A DNA stretch of 64,000 nt. It comes from Caryophanon sp. GTDB lineage: Bacteria; Bacillota; Bacilli; Bacillales_A; Planococcaceae. A program made the translations under genes and the position numbers. The stretch is from NCBI GenBank assembly GCA_018384745.1, contig JAHAYH010000029.1, forward strand, positions 2,119 to 66,118. The letters run 5' to 3'. Below, piece by piece: positions 48,049 to 58,011 of the stretch. The first letter of the stretch is position 1; every line of letters starts with the position of its first letter. The notes under the pieces were generated by a model. It was given only the letters and a program-made list of their open reading frames with translations. It had not been told where the DNA came from and did not search any database.

Positions 48049-48384
48049 CTAATCCCACTCTTGCAGCTGTGCTAGCATGTCAAGTTGTTGTTCTGTTGTC
48101 AACGTTCCATTTTGAATGCCCGCTGTTAACGCCTCAACTGCTACTTTGCGCTGTTGGAATTTTTCAAGTAAACATAATTTATTTTCATATTCTTCAAGCA
48201 TCGCTTCTGTTCGACGAATGTTATCATACACAGCTTGGCGCGATACTTCATACGACTCCGCAATCTCACCTAATGAGTGGTCATCTAAGTAGTATAGCTC
48301 CATATAACTGCGTTGTTTATCAGTTAGTAGCGCTTGATAAAAGTCAAAGAGAAAGTTCATGCGAGTTGTTTTTTCAAGCAACAT
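48049..48384 (-). CDS. ylxM: YlxM-family putative DNA-binding protein (SRP operon)
   Basis: 111 aa. Sigma-r4-like [42 protein letters not shown]. Confidence 0.9.
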   Translation of the reverse strand: MLLEKTTRMNFLFDFYQALLTDKQRSYMELYYLDDHSLGEIAESYEVSRQAVYDNIRRTEAMLEEYENKLCLLEKFQQRKVAVEALTAGIQNGTLTTEQQLDMLAQLQEWD

Positions 48385-48420
48385 TGTAAACCTCTCCCTA
48401 TCATAGTTTGTCTGTCTTTC

Positions 48421-48448
48421 ATTATAGCGTAAAAGCCCATTCTGTCAA
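48421..48448 (-). promoter_or_regulatory. sigma-A promoter for ylxM-ffh (TTGACA-16-TATAAT)
   Basis: Both hexamers are perfect consensus on the minus strand (-35 at 48448..48443, -10 at 48426..48421), with a 16-nt spacer. Located about 35 nt upstream of the ylxM ATG. Confidence 0.6.
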
Positions 48449-48488
48449 GGGAATCCCCTTTATACAACGCGCTTAAACAACGCATGCC

Positions 48489-48525
48489 AAACAGGCGAAA
48501 GAACGCATTGTCCCTCCGCCTGTTT
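48489..48525 (-). terminator. hairpin after ftsY (possible terminator, poor U-tract)
   Basis: AAACAGGCG-(19 nt)-CGCCUGUUU, followed by GGCAUGCGUUGUUU. Confidence 0.3.
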
Positions 48526-48541
48526 ACGCGAGATGCGCGAC

Positions 48542-49825
48542 TTATTCCTCGTCTGCATCCTCTAATTCTTTTTCTAAGCCTTCTGCAAATAAGCCGTATA
48601 CGTAGCGCTCTGCATCAAACGGTTGTAAATCATCCATCTGCTCACCAAGACCGACAAATTTCACCGGAATGTTTAGCTGTTGGCGAATTGCTAACACGAT
48701 CCCGCCTTTTGCTGTTCCATCTAGCTTCGTTAACACGATGCCGGATACGTCCGTTGCTTCTTTGAAGATTTTCGCTTGTACTAACGCATTTTGACCTGTC
48801 GTTGCATCAAGCGCTAATAACACTTCATGCGGCGCATCTGGAATTTCGCGTGAAATAACGCGCTTTACCTTTTCTAGCTCGTTCATTAAGTTGACTTTGT
48901 TTTGCAGACGACCGGCTGTATCGCAAATTAAAACGTCGACACCGCGCTTTTTCGCTGCGTGAATCGCATCAAACATGACCGCTGCTGGGTCTGAACCTTC
49001 CGATTGCTTCACGACTTCTGCACCGACGCGGTCTCCCCATACTTGCAGTTGATCAATTGCGCCAGCGCGGAACGTATCGCCTGCAGCGAGCATCACGGAG
49101 CGTCCTTCTTGCTGTAGTCGACGCGCTAGTTTCCCGATTGTTGTCGTTTTCCCAACACCGTTAACACCAACGAATAAAATAACCGTTAACTCACCTTTTG
49201 GCTGTAAGTTTAACTCGATTAAATCTTCTTCACCGCGCTCGTAAATTTCCACAAGTTTTTCAGCGATGACTGTTTGAATGCCGTTTGTATCTTTAATGTT
49301 TTTACGCTTTACTTCAAAGCGTAACTTGTCCATTAATTCATCCACTGTTTCGATGCCAACGTCCGCTTGTAATAATAAATCTTCAAGTTCCTCAAAGAAA
49401 TCCTCGTCAACTTTACGGTAACGTGCCACTAAATCATTTACTTTTGATGTGAACGAGTCACGTGTTTTCGCAAGGCCTGCTTTGAACTTTTGCGTAATCG
49501 ACCAAGCAGAAGGTTTTTTCTCTTCCTTCTCCTCTTGTGGCTCTTCGTGTTCCTCTACGTCGTCTTGCGCATGTTCTTGTTGTGTATGCTCAACAACTTC
49601 AAGCACCGTTGTATCCTCGATTGGCAGCGTTACCGCTACTTCTTCGATGTCCTTTGCTTCTTTCACAGGGAATGACGGCTCTTCTTGTAGTGCGACTGGT
49701 GTGACGGCATCGCTCTTGTCCTCTTCATTCCCCTCTACTTCTTCTAGTAATGGTTGCTCAACTTTTTCTTCCTCAGCGGCGTTACCTGTTAGCTTCGCCT
49801 TTAAACGTTTAAAAAAGCTCATCAT
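48542..49825 (-). CDS. ftsY: SRP receptor FtsY
   Basis: 427 aa. Acidic N-terminal A domain, then NG-domain motifs GVNGVGKTTT, DTAGR and TKLDG. Confidence 0.97.
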   Translation of the reverse strand: MMSFFKRLKAKLTGNAAEEEKVEQPLLEEVEGNEEDKSDAVTPVALQEEPSFPVKEAKDIEEVAVTLPIEDTTVLEVVEHTQQEHAQDDVEEHEEPQEEKEEKKPSAWSITQKFKAGLAKTRDSFTSKVNDLVARYRKVDEDFFEELEDLLLQADVGIETVDELMDKLRFEVKRKNIKDTNGIQTVIAEKLVEIYERGEEDLIELNLQPKGELTVILFVGVNGVGKTTTIGKLARRLQQEGRSVMLAAGDTFRAGAIDQLQVWGDRVGAEVVKQSEGSDPAAVMFDAIHAAKKRGVDVLICDTAGRLQNKVNLMNELEKVKRVISREIPDAPHEVLLALDATTGQNALVQAKIFKEATDVSGIVLTKLDGTAKGGIVLAIRQQLNIPVKFVGLGEQMDDLQPFDAERYVYGLFAEGLEKELEDADEE

Positions 49826-49837
49826 TCAAAATCTCCT

Positions 49838-52800
49838 TTATTGCGTCGTTACAGGGGCATCTTGTTCAAGCTTCACCGATACGAGCTTTGATACGCCTGA
49901 TTCTTGCATCGTAATCCCATACAATACATCGGCGCCTTCCATCGTACCTTTACGGTGTGTAATGACGATAAATTGTGTGTTTTCACTAAATTTGTGTAAG
50001 TACTGACTGTAACGCACAACGTTCGATTCATCGAGCGCCGCTTCGACCTCATCCAAAATACAAAACGGTACAGGGCGCGTTTTTAAAATGGCAAACAATA
50101 AGCCGATTGCCGTTAATGCGCGCTCACCGCCCGATAAAAGGCTTAAGTTTTGCAGCTTCTTGCCTGGTGGCTGTGCGACAATCTCAATGCCGGTATCGAG
50201 CATATTTTCCGGGTCTGTCAGCAGTAAATCTGCTTGTCCACCGCCAAATAGCTCACGGAACACGACTTTAAAGTGCGCACGAATCGATTCAAACGTCTCG
50301 CTAAAGCGCTGCGTCATTTCTTCGTCCATTTCACGAATTGCCTCATGCAGCGTATTTTGCGCTTCGAGTAAGTCGTTGCGCTGATCAGTTAAAAATTGAT
50401 GGCGTGCCGATACTTCACGGAATTCCTCAATCGAATTTAAATTGACAGGCCCAAGCTCTTCAATCGACAGCTTCAATAGCTTCACTTTGCGACGTGCATA
50501 GTCTAAATCGTCAATTTCACGTACAGCATGCTGCGCTTCTTCAAGCGTTAGCTCATACTGCTCATGTAAGTGCTGTTGCTCTTGCTCGTATAGCAATTCG
50601 GTGCGATTGCGCTTTACTTCTAATTGATGTAGCTGGGCAACGAGTTGCTTATGCGTTTGTTCAAGCTGCTGTAATGCCGCTTCAGTCGTCGTGAGTTGCT
50701 GTTGCTGCGTTAATCGCTCTTCCTTGAACGCGGCTAATTGCGTCGCTAATACATCGCGCTTCTCAGTCCACGTTGTCACGTTTTGCGCAAGCTCTTCAAG
50801 CGTTAGATCGCTCTGTGCATCTTCTTGCTGCAGCCATGCAAGTTCCTGCTCAAGCGATGCCACACGATCCAGTGCTTTCTTCACGTTTACTTCGTTTGTC
50901 GCAGCACTTACTTGCGTATGCGTGCGCTGTTCTTCCGCAACGGCAAGTTGTGCACGCTTCGTTGCAAACTGCTCACGTACGACGTCTTTTTCGACATCGC
51001 TTTGCATTTTCGCCTCTGTCATCGCTTCGATCGAGTCGTTTAATGACGTTAGCTCTTGCTGTAGCTCTTGCAGGCGAACTTCCGCGCGGGCTTTTGCCGC
51101 CGCTAGCTCTTCTTTGCGCATTTGTAAGTCGGTATTTTCAGATGATGTTAATGACAGACGCGTTTGTAGCGTGCGTTCAAGCGACTGCAATTCACGAAGC
51201 TTTGACGCGCGTTCCAGTTGTGCTGTGCGAAGTTGTTCGCTCGTTTCCTTTGCTGTATCAAGCGTCGTGCGCATCGTTGCGATCGTTTGTTGATCTGCGG
51301 CGATGCTCGTTTCTGCTTGTTTAATTTTAGCGCTCATTTGCGCTAAACTTTGCAGCAACGTGTCAAGCTCTGCACGGCGAGAAAACACCGAGTTTTGTAC
51401 TTTTGCAGCACCACCCGTTAACGAACCGCCCGCGTTGACGATATCGCCATCTAATGTCACGACGCGGTACTTATACTGACAGCCGCGTGCGATTGCCGTG
51501 GCGCCTTCCAAATGCTTTGCGACGATGACGTTGCCGATTAAGTTTTCGATGATTGTGCGGTTTTCATCCGCAAACGTCACGACTTCATCTGCGATCGCCA
51601 CAAATGCTGGATGCTCCATAACATGTGCGATGGCACTGCGCGATAATTTACGTGAACGCATCACCGTTTTTGGTAAAAATGTCGCGCGGCCTGCACGCTT
51701 TTGTTTTAAATAGTGAATCGCCTGCTGCGCTGCTTGCTCATCGCTTGTAATGATGTGCTGTGCCGCTGCACCGAGCGCTGTTTCAATCGCTTTTGTAAAG
51801 TCATTTGGCACATTTACAAGCTCTGCTACCGCACCGTCAATGCCGGTTAATACGCCTTTGTCACGTGCAACAAGCACTTCCTTAACCCCTTGGTAAAAGC
51901 CTGAAAAATCCGCTTCAAGCGATTCAAGTGATTCTTTACGTGCCGTTTGCTGTTGTTGCATGCGGTATGCATCATAAAGCACCGCTTGCTTTTGCTCAAG
52001 CTTTTGCACAAGCGTATTGTATGTGCGCTGTTGCTCCATATACGTAGCGGTATGTGTTGCAAGCGCAGCATCGTGCTTTGCGACATCCGTTTCAAGCTGT
52101 TGACGCTCTTGCTGTAGCTCCTGCAGCTCCTCGTGCATTTGTGACGTTTGCGTCGTCACGCGTGCATTCATTTCATGCTGTTGCTGCAATTGGCTTGCGA
52201 TATGTTTTAATTCATTGTTGATTGTCGCTTGCTCGTTTAAACGCTCAATGTAAAGTGACTTTTGCGCTTCGATATCGGCCTCGATTTCACTTGCAGAGCG
52301 CGTTAACACATGCTCTAAGCGCTTCACTTCCGCCTTCAGCTGCTCAACGACTGTTTGCTTTTGGGCGTAGCTTTCCTTTAACGCCGCTTGCTGCTGCTGT
52401 AAATCGATGACATCGGCATTTGCTTGCTGTAGCGATGTCTCGATTTTTTCACGTTGCTGTTCGCGGTTTTCAATACGTTCGGTACTTAGCGCACGACGCC
52501 CTTCCCAACGTTCCACTTCCGTACTCGCTTCAATTAAATCGTTTTGTGCGACTTCTAGCTTCGCATCGAGCGTCGTTAATACGTGACGAAGCGTTTGCAC
52601 TTGCTGCTGTTGTGCGGCAATTTGTGCAGTCGATTGCTCCTCTTGTTGCTTGAAACGACTTAATTCAACCGCCGAGTGTTGCAGCTCTTGCGTATATGTC
52701 TGCAAATTGTGCACAAGTAATGCGATGTCATAATCTCGCATTTCCTCGGTCATTTGTAAATAATCTTGTGCTGCCGATGCTTGCATGTGAAGCGGTTCTA

Positions 52801-53404
52801 AACGACGATCCAGCTCATGTAAAATATCGAGCACGCGGTTTAAATTTTCGTCCGTCTCGACAAGCTTATGTTCCGCCTTCTTTTTGCGCAGCTTATATTT
52901 CAGTACACCTGCTGCTTCTTCAAAAATCGAACGGCGGTCTAGCGCACGGCTATTTAAAATTTCATCGACACGCCCTTGTGAAATAATTGAAAATGCCTCT
53001 TTCCCAAGTCCCGAGTCCATAAATAAGTCGGTAATATCTTTTAAGCGACAGCTTTGCTTGTTCAGTAAATATTCACTATCTCCTGAACGATATACACGAC
53101 GCGTGACGCTCACTTCTGTGTACGGATAGTTCAGCTGCTCATCTGTGTTATCTAAAATAAGCGTCACTTCCGCGAAGTTGAGCGCTTTACGCGAATCGCT
53201 TCCTGCGAAAATGACATCTTCCATCTTCGCACCACGAAGCGACTTCGCTGATTGTTCGCCTAACACCCAACGCACGGCATCGATGACGTTACTTTTGCCC
53301 GAGCCATTCGGACCGACAACGGCTGTTACACCCGGCACGAAATCGATGCCTACGCGGTCTGCGAACGATTTAAATCCAATGACTTCCAGTCGCTTCAGGA
53401 ACAT
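49838..53404 (-). CDS. smc: chromosome condensation protein SMC
   Basis: 1188 aa. Walker A GPNGSGKSN, long coiled coils around a hinge, signature LSGGE, Walker B ILDEVEAALD. Confidence 0.98.
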   Translation of the reverse strand: MFLKRLEVIGFKSFADRVGIDFVPGVTAVVGPNGSGKSNVIDAVRWVLGEQSAKSLRGAKMEDVIFAGSDSRKALNFAEVTLILDNTDEQLNYPYTEVSVTRRVYRSGDSEYLLNKQSCRLKDITDLFMDSGLGKEAFSIISQGRVDEILNSRALDRRSIFEEAAGVLKYKLRKKKAEHKLVETDENLNRVLDILHELDRRLEPLHMQASAAQDYLQMTEEMRDYDIALLVHNLQTYTQELQHSAVELSRFKQQEEQSTAQIAAQQQQVQTLRHVLTTLDAKLEVAQNDLIEASTEVERWEGRRALSTERIENREQQREKIETSLQQANADVIDLQQQQAALKESYAQKQTVVEQLKAEVKRLEHVLTRSASEIEADIEAQKSLYIERLNEQATINNELKHIASQLQQQHEMNARVTTQTSQMHEELQELQQERQQLETDVAKHDAALATHTATYMEQQRTYNTLVQKLEQKQAVLYDAYRMQQQQTARKESLESLEADFSGFYQGVKEVLVARDKGVLTGIDGAVAELVNVPNDFTKAIETALGAAAQHIITSDEQAAQQAIHYLKQKRAGRATFLPKTVMRSRKLSRSAIAHVMEHPAFVAIADEVVTFADENRTIIENLIGNVIVAKHLEGATAIARGCQYKYRVVTLDGDIVNAGGSLTGGAAKVQNSVFSRRAELDTLLQSLAQMSAKIKQAETSIAADQQTIATMRTTLDTAKETSEQLRTAQLERASKLRELQSLERTLQTRLSLTSSENTDLQMRKEELAAAKARAEVRLQELQQELTSLNDSIEAMTEAKMQSDVEKDVVREQFATKRAQLAVAEEQRTHTQVSAATNEVNVKKALDRVASLEQELAWLQQEDAQSDLTLEELAQNVTTWTEKRDVLATQLAAFKEERLTQQQQLTTTEAALQQLEQTHKQLVAQLHQLEVKRNRTELLYEQEQQHLHEQYELTLEEAQHAVREIDDLDYARRKVKLLKLSIEELGPVNLNSIEEFREVSARHQFLTDQRNDLLEAQNTLHEAIREMDEEMTQRFSETFESIRAHFKVVFRELFGGGQADLLLTDPENMLDTGIEIVAQPPGKKLQNLSLLSGGERALTAIGLLFAILKTRPVPFCILDEVEAALDESNVVRYSQYLHKFSENTQFIVITHRKGTMEGADVLYGITMQESGVSKLVSVKLEQDAPVTTQ

Positions 53405-53405
53405 A

Positions 53406-54170
53406 TTAGCCCTCCTGCTCTACTTGCTTGCTGCGTAGCATGCGCATTGCTTCTTGTGCTGCTTGCTGCTCTGCTTCTTTTTTCGATTTCCCACGACCAA
53501 TGCCTAATTCTGTGTCGCTTAACATTACGCGTGACACGAATGTGCGATTGTGTGCGGGCCCTTTTTCTTCAATGATTTCATACGTAAGCGCACCATTGTT
53601 GTTTTGCTGCACCATTTCTTGCAATTGACTTTTAAAATCCATCACATGCGAAAAAGCACCGACTTCGACTTTTGGGAATACCACTTTTTCTAAAAAGCAT
53701 ACCGCATCATCTAGTCCTTTATCTAAATACAATGCGCCAACAAATGATTCAAATACGTCCGCTAATAACGCTGGACGCTCGCGACCACCTGTTAATTCTT
53801 CCCCTTTACCAAGCAACACGAATTCACCGAAGTTTAATTCGTTCGCAAAAATGACTAATGATGGCTCACATACGATCGATGCACGCAGCTTCGTTAATTC
53901 GCCTTCGCTCATTTTTGGATATTTTTCAAATAAAAACTTCGATACAGAAAGCTCAAGTACTGCATCTCCTAAAAATTCTAATCGCTCGTTGTCTGTAAAT
54001 AATTTACGACGATGCTCATTCACATAAGATGAATGTGTAAACGCTTGATACAATAATTCCTTTTTCTCAAAATGAATATTTAATGCACTTTGTAAAACCT
54101 CAAATTGTTGTCGCGCTTTTTCGGGTAATACCCCCGCTTGCTGTTGTTGCCCTTTTCGTTTAGTTCCCAT
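53406..54170 (-). CDS. rnc: ribonuclease III
   Basis: 254 aa. Signature [13 protein letters not shown] and a C-terminal dsRBD. A basic N-terminal extension leaves the exact start uncertain. Confidence 0.95.
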   Translation of the reverse strand: MGTKRKGQQQQAGVLPEKARQQFEVLQSALNIHFEKKELLYQAFTHSSYVNEHRRKLFTDNERLEFLGDAVLELSVSKFLFEKYPKMSEGELTKLRASIVCEPSLVIFANELNFGEFVLLGKGEELTGGRERPALLADVFESFVGALYLDKGLDDAVCFLEKVVFPKVEVGAFSHVMDFKSQLQEMVQQNNNGALTYEIIEEKGPAHNRTFVSRVMLSDTELGIGRGKSKKEAEQQAAQEAMRMLRSKQVEQEG

Positions 54171-54327
54171 GTGTGTTCTGCCTTCCTTTAGTTTCTATCG
54201 TTTAGTTTATCTTCTTTAGTACGAATGTGCAAAAGGAAAAGTATATTTCCATTGACAAACGCTACGTTTTTCAAACAAATGAAAAGCGGCTATATCTTTT
54301 GTCTCACATCTGCACGCAAATAGCAAC

Positions 54328-54358
54328 GAAAAAGAGACACGTGAAAGCGTGCCTCTTC
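54328..54358 (-). terminator. intrinsic terminator after acpP
   Basis: Minus-strand RNA AAGAGGCACG-(6 nt)-CGUGUCUCUU (one G-U pair) followed by UUUCG. Confidence 0.7.
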
Positions 54359-54379
54359 GAAAAATGGAATAAACCATGA

Positions 54380-54610
54380 TTATTGTTTTTGCTCAATGTA
54401 TGAAATTGCGTGACCTACAGTCGTAATTTTTTCTGCATCTTCATCTGAGATTTCCATGTCAAACTCATCTTCAAGCTCCATTACTAGCTCTACTACGTCT
54501 AAAGAGTCTGCACCTAAATCTTCACGGAAAGAAGCTTCAAGCGTTACTTCGCTTTCTTCTACGCCTAAACGGTCAACGATTACACGTGTTACACGATCTA
54601 ATACTGTCAT
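54380..54610 (-). CDS. acpP: acyl carrier protein
   Basis: 76 aa. Phosphopantetheine attachment site in [12 protein letters not shown]. Confidence 0.98.
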   Translation of the reverse strand: MTVLDRVTRVIVDRLGVEESEVTLEASFREDLGADSLDVVELVMELEDEFDMEISDEDAEKITTVGHAISYIEQKQ

Positions 54611-54648
54611 TTGTTGTCACCTCCTCTCAAATTTTCATCTTACGTTAA

Positions 54649-55395
54649 TTACATGACTAAGCCACCGTCAATATGAAGCGTTTGCCCTGTAATGTAACTT
54701 GCATCATCTGACGCTAAAAACGATACCGCTTTTGCAATGTGTACCGGCTCACCTAAACGAGCAAGTGGAATTTGTGCAAGCATCGCCTGCTTTACATCCT
54801 CCGGTAACGCATCGGTCATATCGGTCGTAATAAAGCCTGGTGCGATCGCATTTACTAAAATGTTACGGCTCGCTAATTCCTTTGCCGTCGTTTTCGTTAA
54901 GCCGATGACACCTGCTTTTGCTGCAACGTAATTGGCTTGACCGGCATTGCCTGATACGCCAACGATCGATGAAATGTTAATGATGCGACCGCTACGCTGC
55001 TTCATCATCGTACGCGTCACGGCTTTTGTACAAAGGAACACGCCCTTTAAGTTCGTATTTAATACGTCATCCCATTCGTCTTCCTTCATACGCATCAATA
55101 AATTATCGCGTGTAATCCCCGCATTGTTAACGAGCACATCAATGCGCCCAAATTGCGTGACTACATCTTGCATTAAGCGTGTGACATCGTCGCTGTTTGC
55201 AACGCTTGCTTGCATCGCAACCGCCTCACCACCACATGCCGTAATGTGCGCTACCACGTCCTCTGCTTGTGCTCTGCTACCGCTGTAATTGACAACAACC
55301 GTTGCGCCTTCAGCTGCAAGCTCCTGTGCAATCGCACGACCAATGCCGCGGCTGCCACCTGTGACAATCGCTACTTTCCCATGTAACTTACCCAT
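54649..55395 (-). CDS. fabG: 3-oxoacyl-ACP reductase FabG
   Basis: Start trimmed to the ATG at 55395 (SD AAGGAGG). Motifs [12 protein letters not shown] and YxxxK in NYVAAKAG. Confidence 0.96.
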   Translation of the reverse strand: MGKLHGKVAIVTGGSRGIGRAIAQELAAEGATVVVNYSGSRAQAEDVVAHITACGGEAVAMQASVANSDDVTRLMQDVVTQFGRIDVLVNNAGITRDNLLMRMKEDEWDDVLNTNLKGVFLCTKAVTRTMMKQRSGRIINISSIVGVSGNAGQANYVAAKAGVIGLTKTTAKELASRNILVNAIAPGFITTDMTDALPEDVKQAMLAQIPLARLGEPVHIAKAVSFLASDDASYITGQTLHIDGGLVM

Positions 55396-56329
55396 TTGCA
55401 AGCGCCTCCTTTACGAATGTCGCTGCTTGCGCAAGCGTTTCTTCGTCAAATACACATAAGCATATTGCGCTGCGATCCACCTTTTTCACAAGACCGCTTA
55501 ACACCTTCCCTGGTCCACACTCGATAAATGTTGTGACCCCTAAATCAAGCATGGCGCGCACGCTTTGCTCCCAAAGTACAGGTGAGACAACTTGATCAAT
55601 CAGCTCTTGTTTTACATGCTCGGCGTATACAGGCTGTGCATGCACATTGCCAATGACTGTATAGCGTGGTGCTTCAATTTCTACATGCGCGAGCTCCTTT
55701 GCTAACTTGTCGGCTGCTGGTGCCATCAGTGCACTATGGAATGGTCCGCTCACTTGCAGTGGAATGGCACGCTTTGCGCCGCGTTCCTTTGCCAAGCTGC
55801 TTGCACGCGCCACGCCTTGTTTCGTGCCTGAAATCACAATTTGACCTGGACAGTTCACGTTGGCAATTTGCACCGCGTCACCATCTGCGCTAATTTGTTC
55901 CGTTACTTGCTGTAATGCTTGTGCCTCCATTTGTAAAATGGCTGCCATCGCACCTTCTCCCGCTGGTACTGCTTCGTTCATATATAAACCACGTTTGTGA
56001 ACAATTGCGACTGCATCTTCAAATGACATCACCCCTGCTGTCACGAGCGCACTATATTCGCCAAGTGAATGCCCAGCAACGACGTCTGGCTCTACCCCTA
56101 AAGCCTGTAATCGCTGTGCTATAAGTACACCGGTTGTCAGTAGTGCTGGTTGCGCATTGTATGTGAGCGTTAACGTCTCCTCTGGTCCTTCAAGCATAAA
56201 TTGTGACAGCGAAAAGCCGAGCACTTCATCTGCTTGTTTATACAGCGTATCATCTTGTGCGATCAGCTGTTGTCCCATCCCTACAACTTGCGAGCCTTGC
56301 CCTGGAAAAATAAACGCAATCTTTGTCAT
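55388..56329 (-). CDS. fabD: malonyl-CoA:ACP transacylase FabD
   Basis: 313 aa. Active-site motif GHSLGEYSA. Confidence 0.97.
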   Translation of the reverse strand: MTKIAFIFPGQGSQVVGMGQQLIAQDDTLYKQADEVLGFSLSQFMLEGPEETLTLTYNAQPALLTTGVLIAQRLQALGVEPDVVAGHSLGEYSALVTAGVMSFEDAVAIVHKRGLYMNEAVPAGEGAMAAILQMEAQALQQVTEQISADGDAVQIANVNCPGQIVISGTKQGVARASSLAKERGAKRAIPLQVSGPFHSALMAPAADKLAKELAHVEIEAPRYTVIGNVHAQPVYAEHVKQELIDQVVSPVLWEQSVRAMLDLGVTTFIECGPGKVLSGLVKKVDRSAICLCVFDEETLAQAATFVKEALANG

Positions 56330-56357
56330 TATGTAAATCCCCTTTGTGTGTAATGCC

Positions 56358-57341
56358 TTATTGTTGAATCGTTTGCTGAATCGTTGGACAAACGTTATGT
56401 TTCACCATTAAATTTGCTTGCTTAATGGCGCTATAAATCGCTTGGCCATTTGATGAGCCGTGCGCTTTAATAACCGGTGCTTGTAAGCCAAACAACGCCG
56501 CGCCACCGTATTCGGTATAGTCCATCGTATCTTTAATTTTTTTCAGTTCAGGCTTCATCGCAGCAGCAGCAAGCTTCGTTTTTAACGAGCTCATAAAGCC
56601 GTCTTTTAACATTTTAAACATGACGCCTGCTGTACCTTCGATTGTTTTTAACACCATATTGCCTGTAAAGCCATCTGTCACCACAACATCTGCCACCCCT
56701 GTCAGAAGATCGCGTGATTCGACATTGCCAACAAAATTGACCGCGTCTGATGCTTTTAATAAGTCAAATACAGCTTTCGTTAATTCATTGCCCTTTTTCT
56801 CTTCCGTTCCGATATTGAGTAAGCCGACTGTTGGGTTTTGAATGCCGCGTACTTCACGCGCATAAATGCTGCCCATAATGGCATACTGCAATAAATATTC
56901 CGCTTTTGCATCGGCTGTTGCACCTAAATCGAGCATTAAAAAGCCTTTGCCATCAAGCGTCGGCAGCGTTGTTGCTAAGGCAGGACGCTCGATGCCATCA
57001 ATGCGGCCGACTTTAAACAAGCCACCTGCCATCAATGCACCCGTTGAGCCCGCCGATAAACAAGCATCTGCTTCACCATGTTTGACCGCCTCGAGCATTA
57101 ATGCCATCGACGAATCCTTTTTACGACGGACAGCGCGCGCTGCATCGTCATCATTTGTTACAACTTCCTCACAGTGAATAACTTGCATGCGATCGTGCGC
57201 TTGTAAAAAGGGGCGCATCGTATCTTTATTGCCATATAGCTTCACCTCTAAATCAGGAAACTCATTGAGTGCGAGTAACACGCCTTCAATTACGGTTTTC
57301 GGAGCGTGGTCGCCACCCATACCATCTACAGCTAACTTCAT
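56358..57341 (-). CDS. plsX: phosphate acyltransferase PlsX
   Basis: Start trimmed to the ATG at 57341 ([14 protein letters not shown]), 1 nt after the fapR stop codon. Confidence 0.96.
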   Translation of the reverse strand: MKLAVDGMGGDHAPKTVIEGVLLALNEFPDLEVKLYGNKDTMRPFLQAHDRMQVIHCEEVVTNDDDAARAVRRKKDSSMALMLEAVKHGEADACLSAGSTGALMAGGLFKVGRIDGIERPALATTLPTLDGKGFLMLDLGATADAKAEYLLQYAIMGSIYAREVRGIQNPTVGLLNIGTEEKKGNELTKAVFDLLKASDAVNFVGNVESRDLLTGVADVVVTDGFTGNMVLKTIEGTAGVMFKMLKDGFMSSLKTKLAAAAMKPELKKIKDTMDYTEYGGAALFGLQAPVIKAHGSSNGQAIYSAIKQANLMVKHNVCPTIQQTIQQ

Positions 57342-57342
57342 G

Positions 57343-57915
57343 TTATTCACCTTCACCTTTCGTGCGGTACATTTCAAATTGTCCTTTAAAGACGACATTT
57401 CCGTTTACCGTTGACGTCACGTCAACATATGTACGATTTTTTTCCTCATCTCGCCCTGTCACAACCGCTTTTGAAATAATGCGGTCCCCAACATGTACAG
57501 GCTGAACGAAGTGTAAATTCGATTTGACGGTTAATGCTAAATCATCGTCAATAACAGCTACAGCTAATGAGTTCGCCTGTGCAAATAAGTGATGCCCTCG
57601 CGCAATACCGTTGCGGGCAAATACATCACTTTCACTCACATCATAAATCGATAACGCCTGTTTATCTAATTCAATATCAATCATCTCGCCAATGACCTCG
57701 TCAAGCGGCAATGATTTCACTTCATTTTCAAATGTTTTCGATGCGACATGTTTAATGCGCTCGCGTAACTCTGGAATCGACAGCTCCATGCGGTCTAAGC
57801 GAATCGTTTGGACGCTCACATGGAATTGCTGCGCTAACTGTTCATCTGTGACGAATGGGTTGTCTTCAATCGTTTGCGTTAGTAACCGCTGACGTTCTTT
57901 TTTCGATCTTTTCAT
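57343..57915 (-). CDS. fapR: fatty acid/phospholipid synthesis repressor FapR
   Basis: 190 aa. N-terminal HTH ([22 protein letters not shown]) plus a hot-dog fold. First gene of fapR-plsX-fabD-fabG. Confidence 0.95.
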   Translation of the reverse strand: MKRSKKERQRLLTQTIEDNPFVTDEQLAQQFHVSVQTIRLDRMELSIPELRERIKHVASKTFENEVKSLPLDEVIGEMIDIELDKQALSIYDVSESDVFARNGIARGHHLFAQANSLAVAVIDDDLALTVKSNLHFVQPVHVGDRIISKAVVTGRDEEKNRTYVDVTSTVNGNVVFKGQFEMYRTKGEGE

Positions 57916-57933
57916 CAGTCATCCGCCACCTTT

Positions 57934-57950
57934 TTAGCACTTGGTACTAA
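57934..57950 (-). promoter_or_regulatory. FapR operator (17-bp inverted repeat TTAGTACCAAGTGCTAA)
   Basis: The minus strand reads TTAGTACC-A-AGTGCTAA. This matches the FapR box as I recall it (half-sites TTAGTACC / GGTACTAA), with 2 mismatches in the right half. It lies just downstream of the predicted -10. Confidence 0.65.
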
Positions 57951-57954
57951 CAAC

Positions 57955-57983
57955 AGTATATAGGAGTAAAAAAAAGAATGCAA
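57955..57983 (-). promoter_or_regulatory. candidate sigma-A promoter of the fapR operon (TTGCAT-17-TATACT)
   Basis: On the minus strand the -35 is at 57983..57978 and the -10 at 57960..57955. The -35 lies inside the 3' arm of the recG terminator. Confidence 0.45.
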
Positions 57984-58006
57984 CAACCTTTTTCGTTGTT
58001 GCACTC
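57968..58006 (-). terminator. intrinsic terminator after recG
   Basis: Minus-strand RNA GAGUGCAACAAC-(7 nt)-GUUGUUGCAUUC followed by UUUUUUUU. Confidence 0.85.
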
Positions 58007-58011
58007 AAAAA

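Noticed and set aside
50691-51324. Long plus-strand ORFs inside smc. Similar cases occur at 49449..50006, 37811..38335, 4266..4700, 4881..5345, 58421..58933 and others.
   Set aside because: All are antisense to strongly supported conserved genes, are Ser/Cys/Ala-rich shadow frames, and lack SD sequences. They are typical artefacts of a six-frame track.
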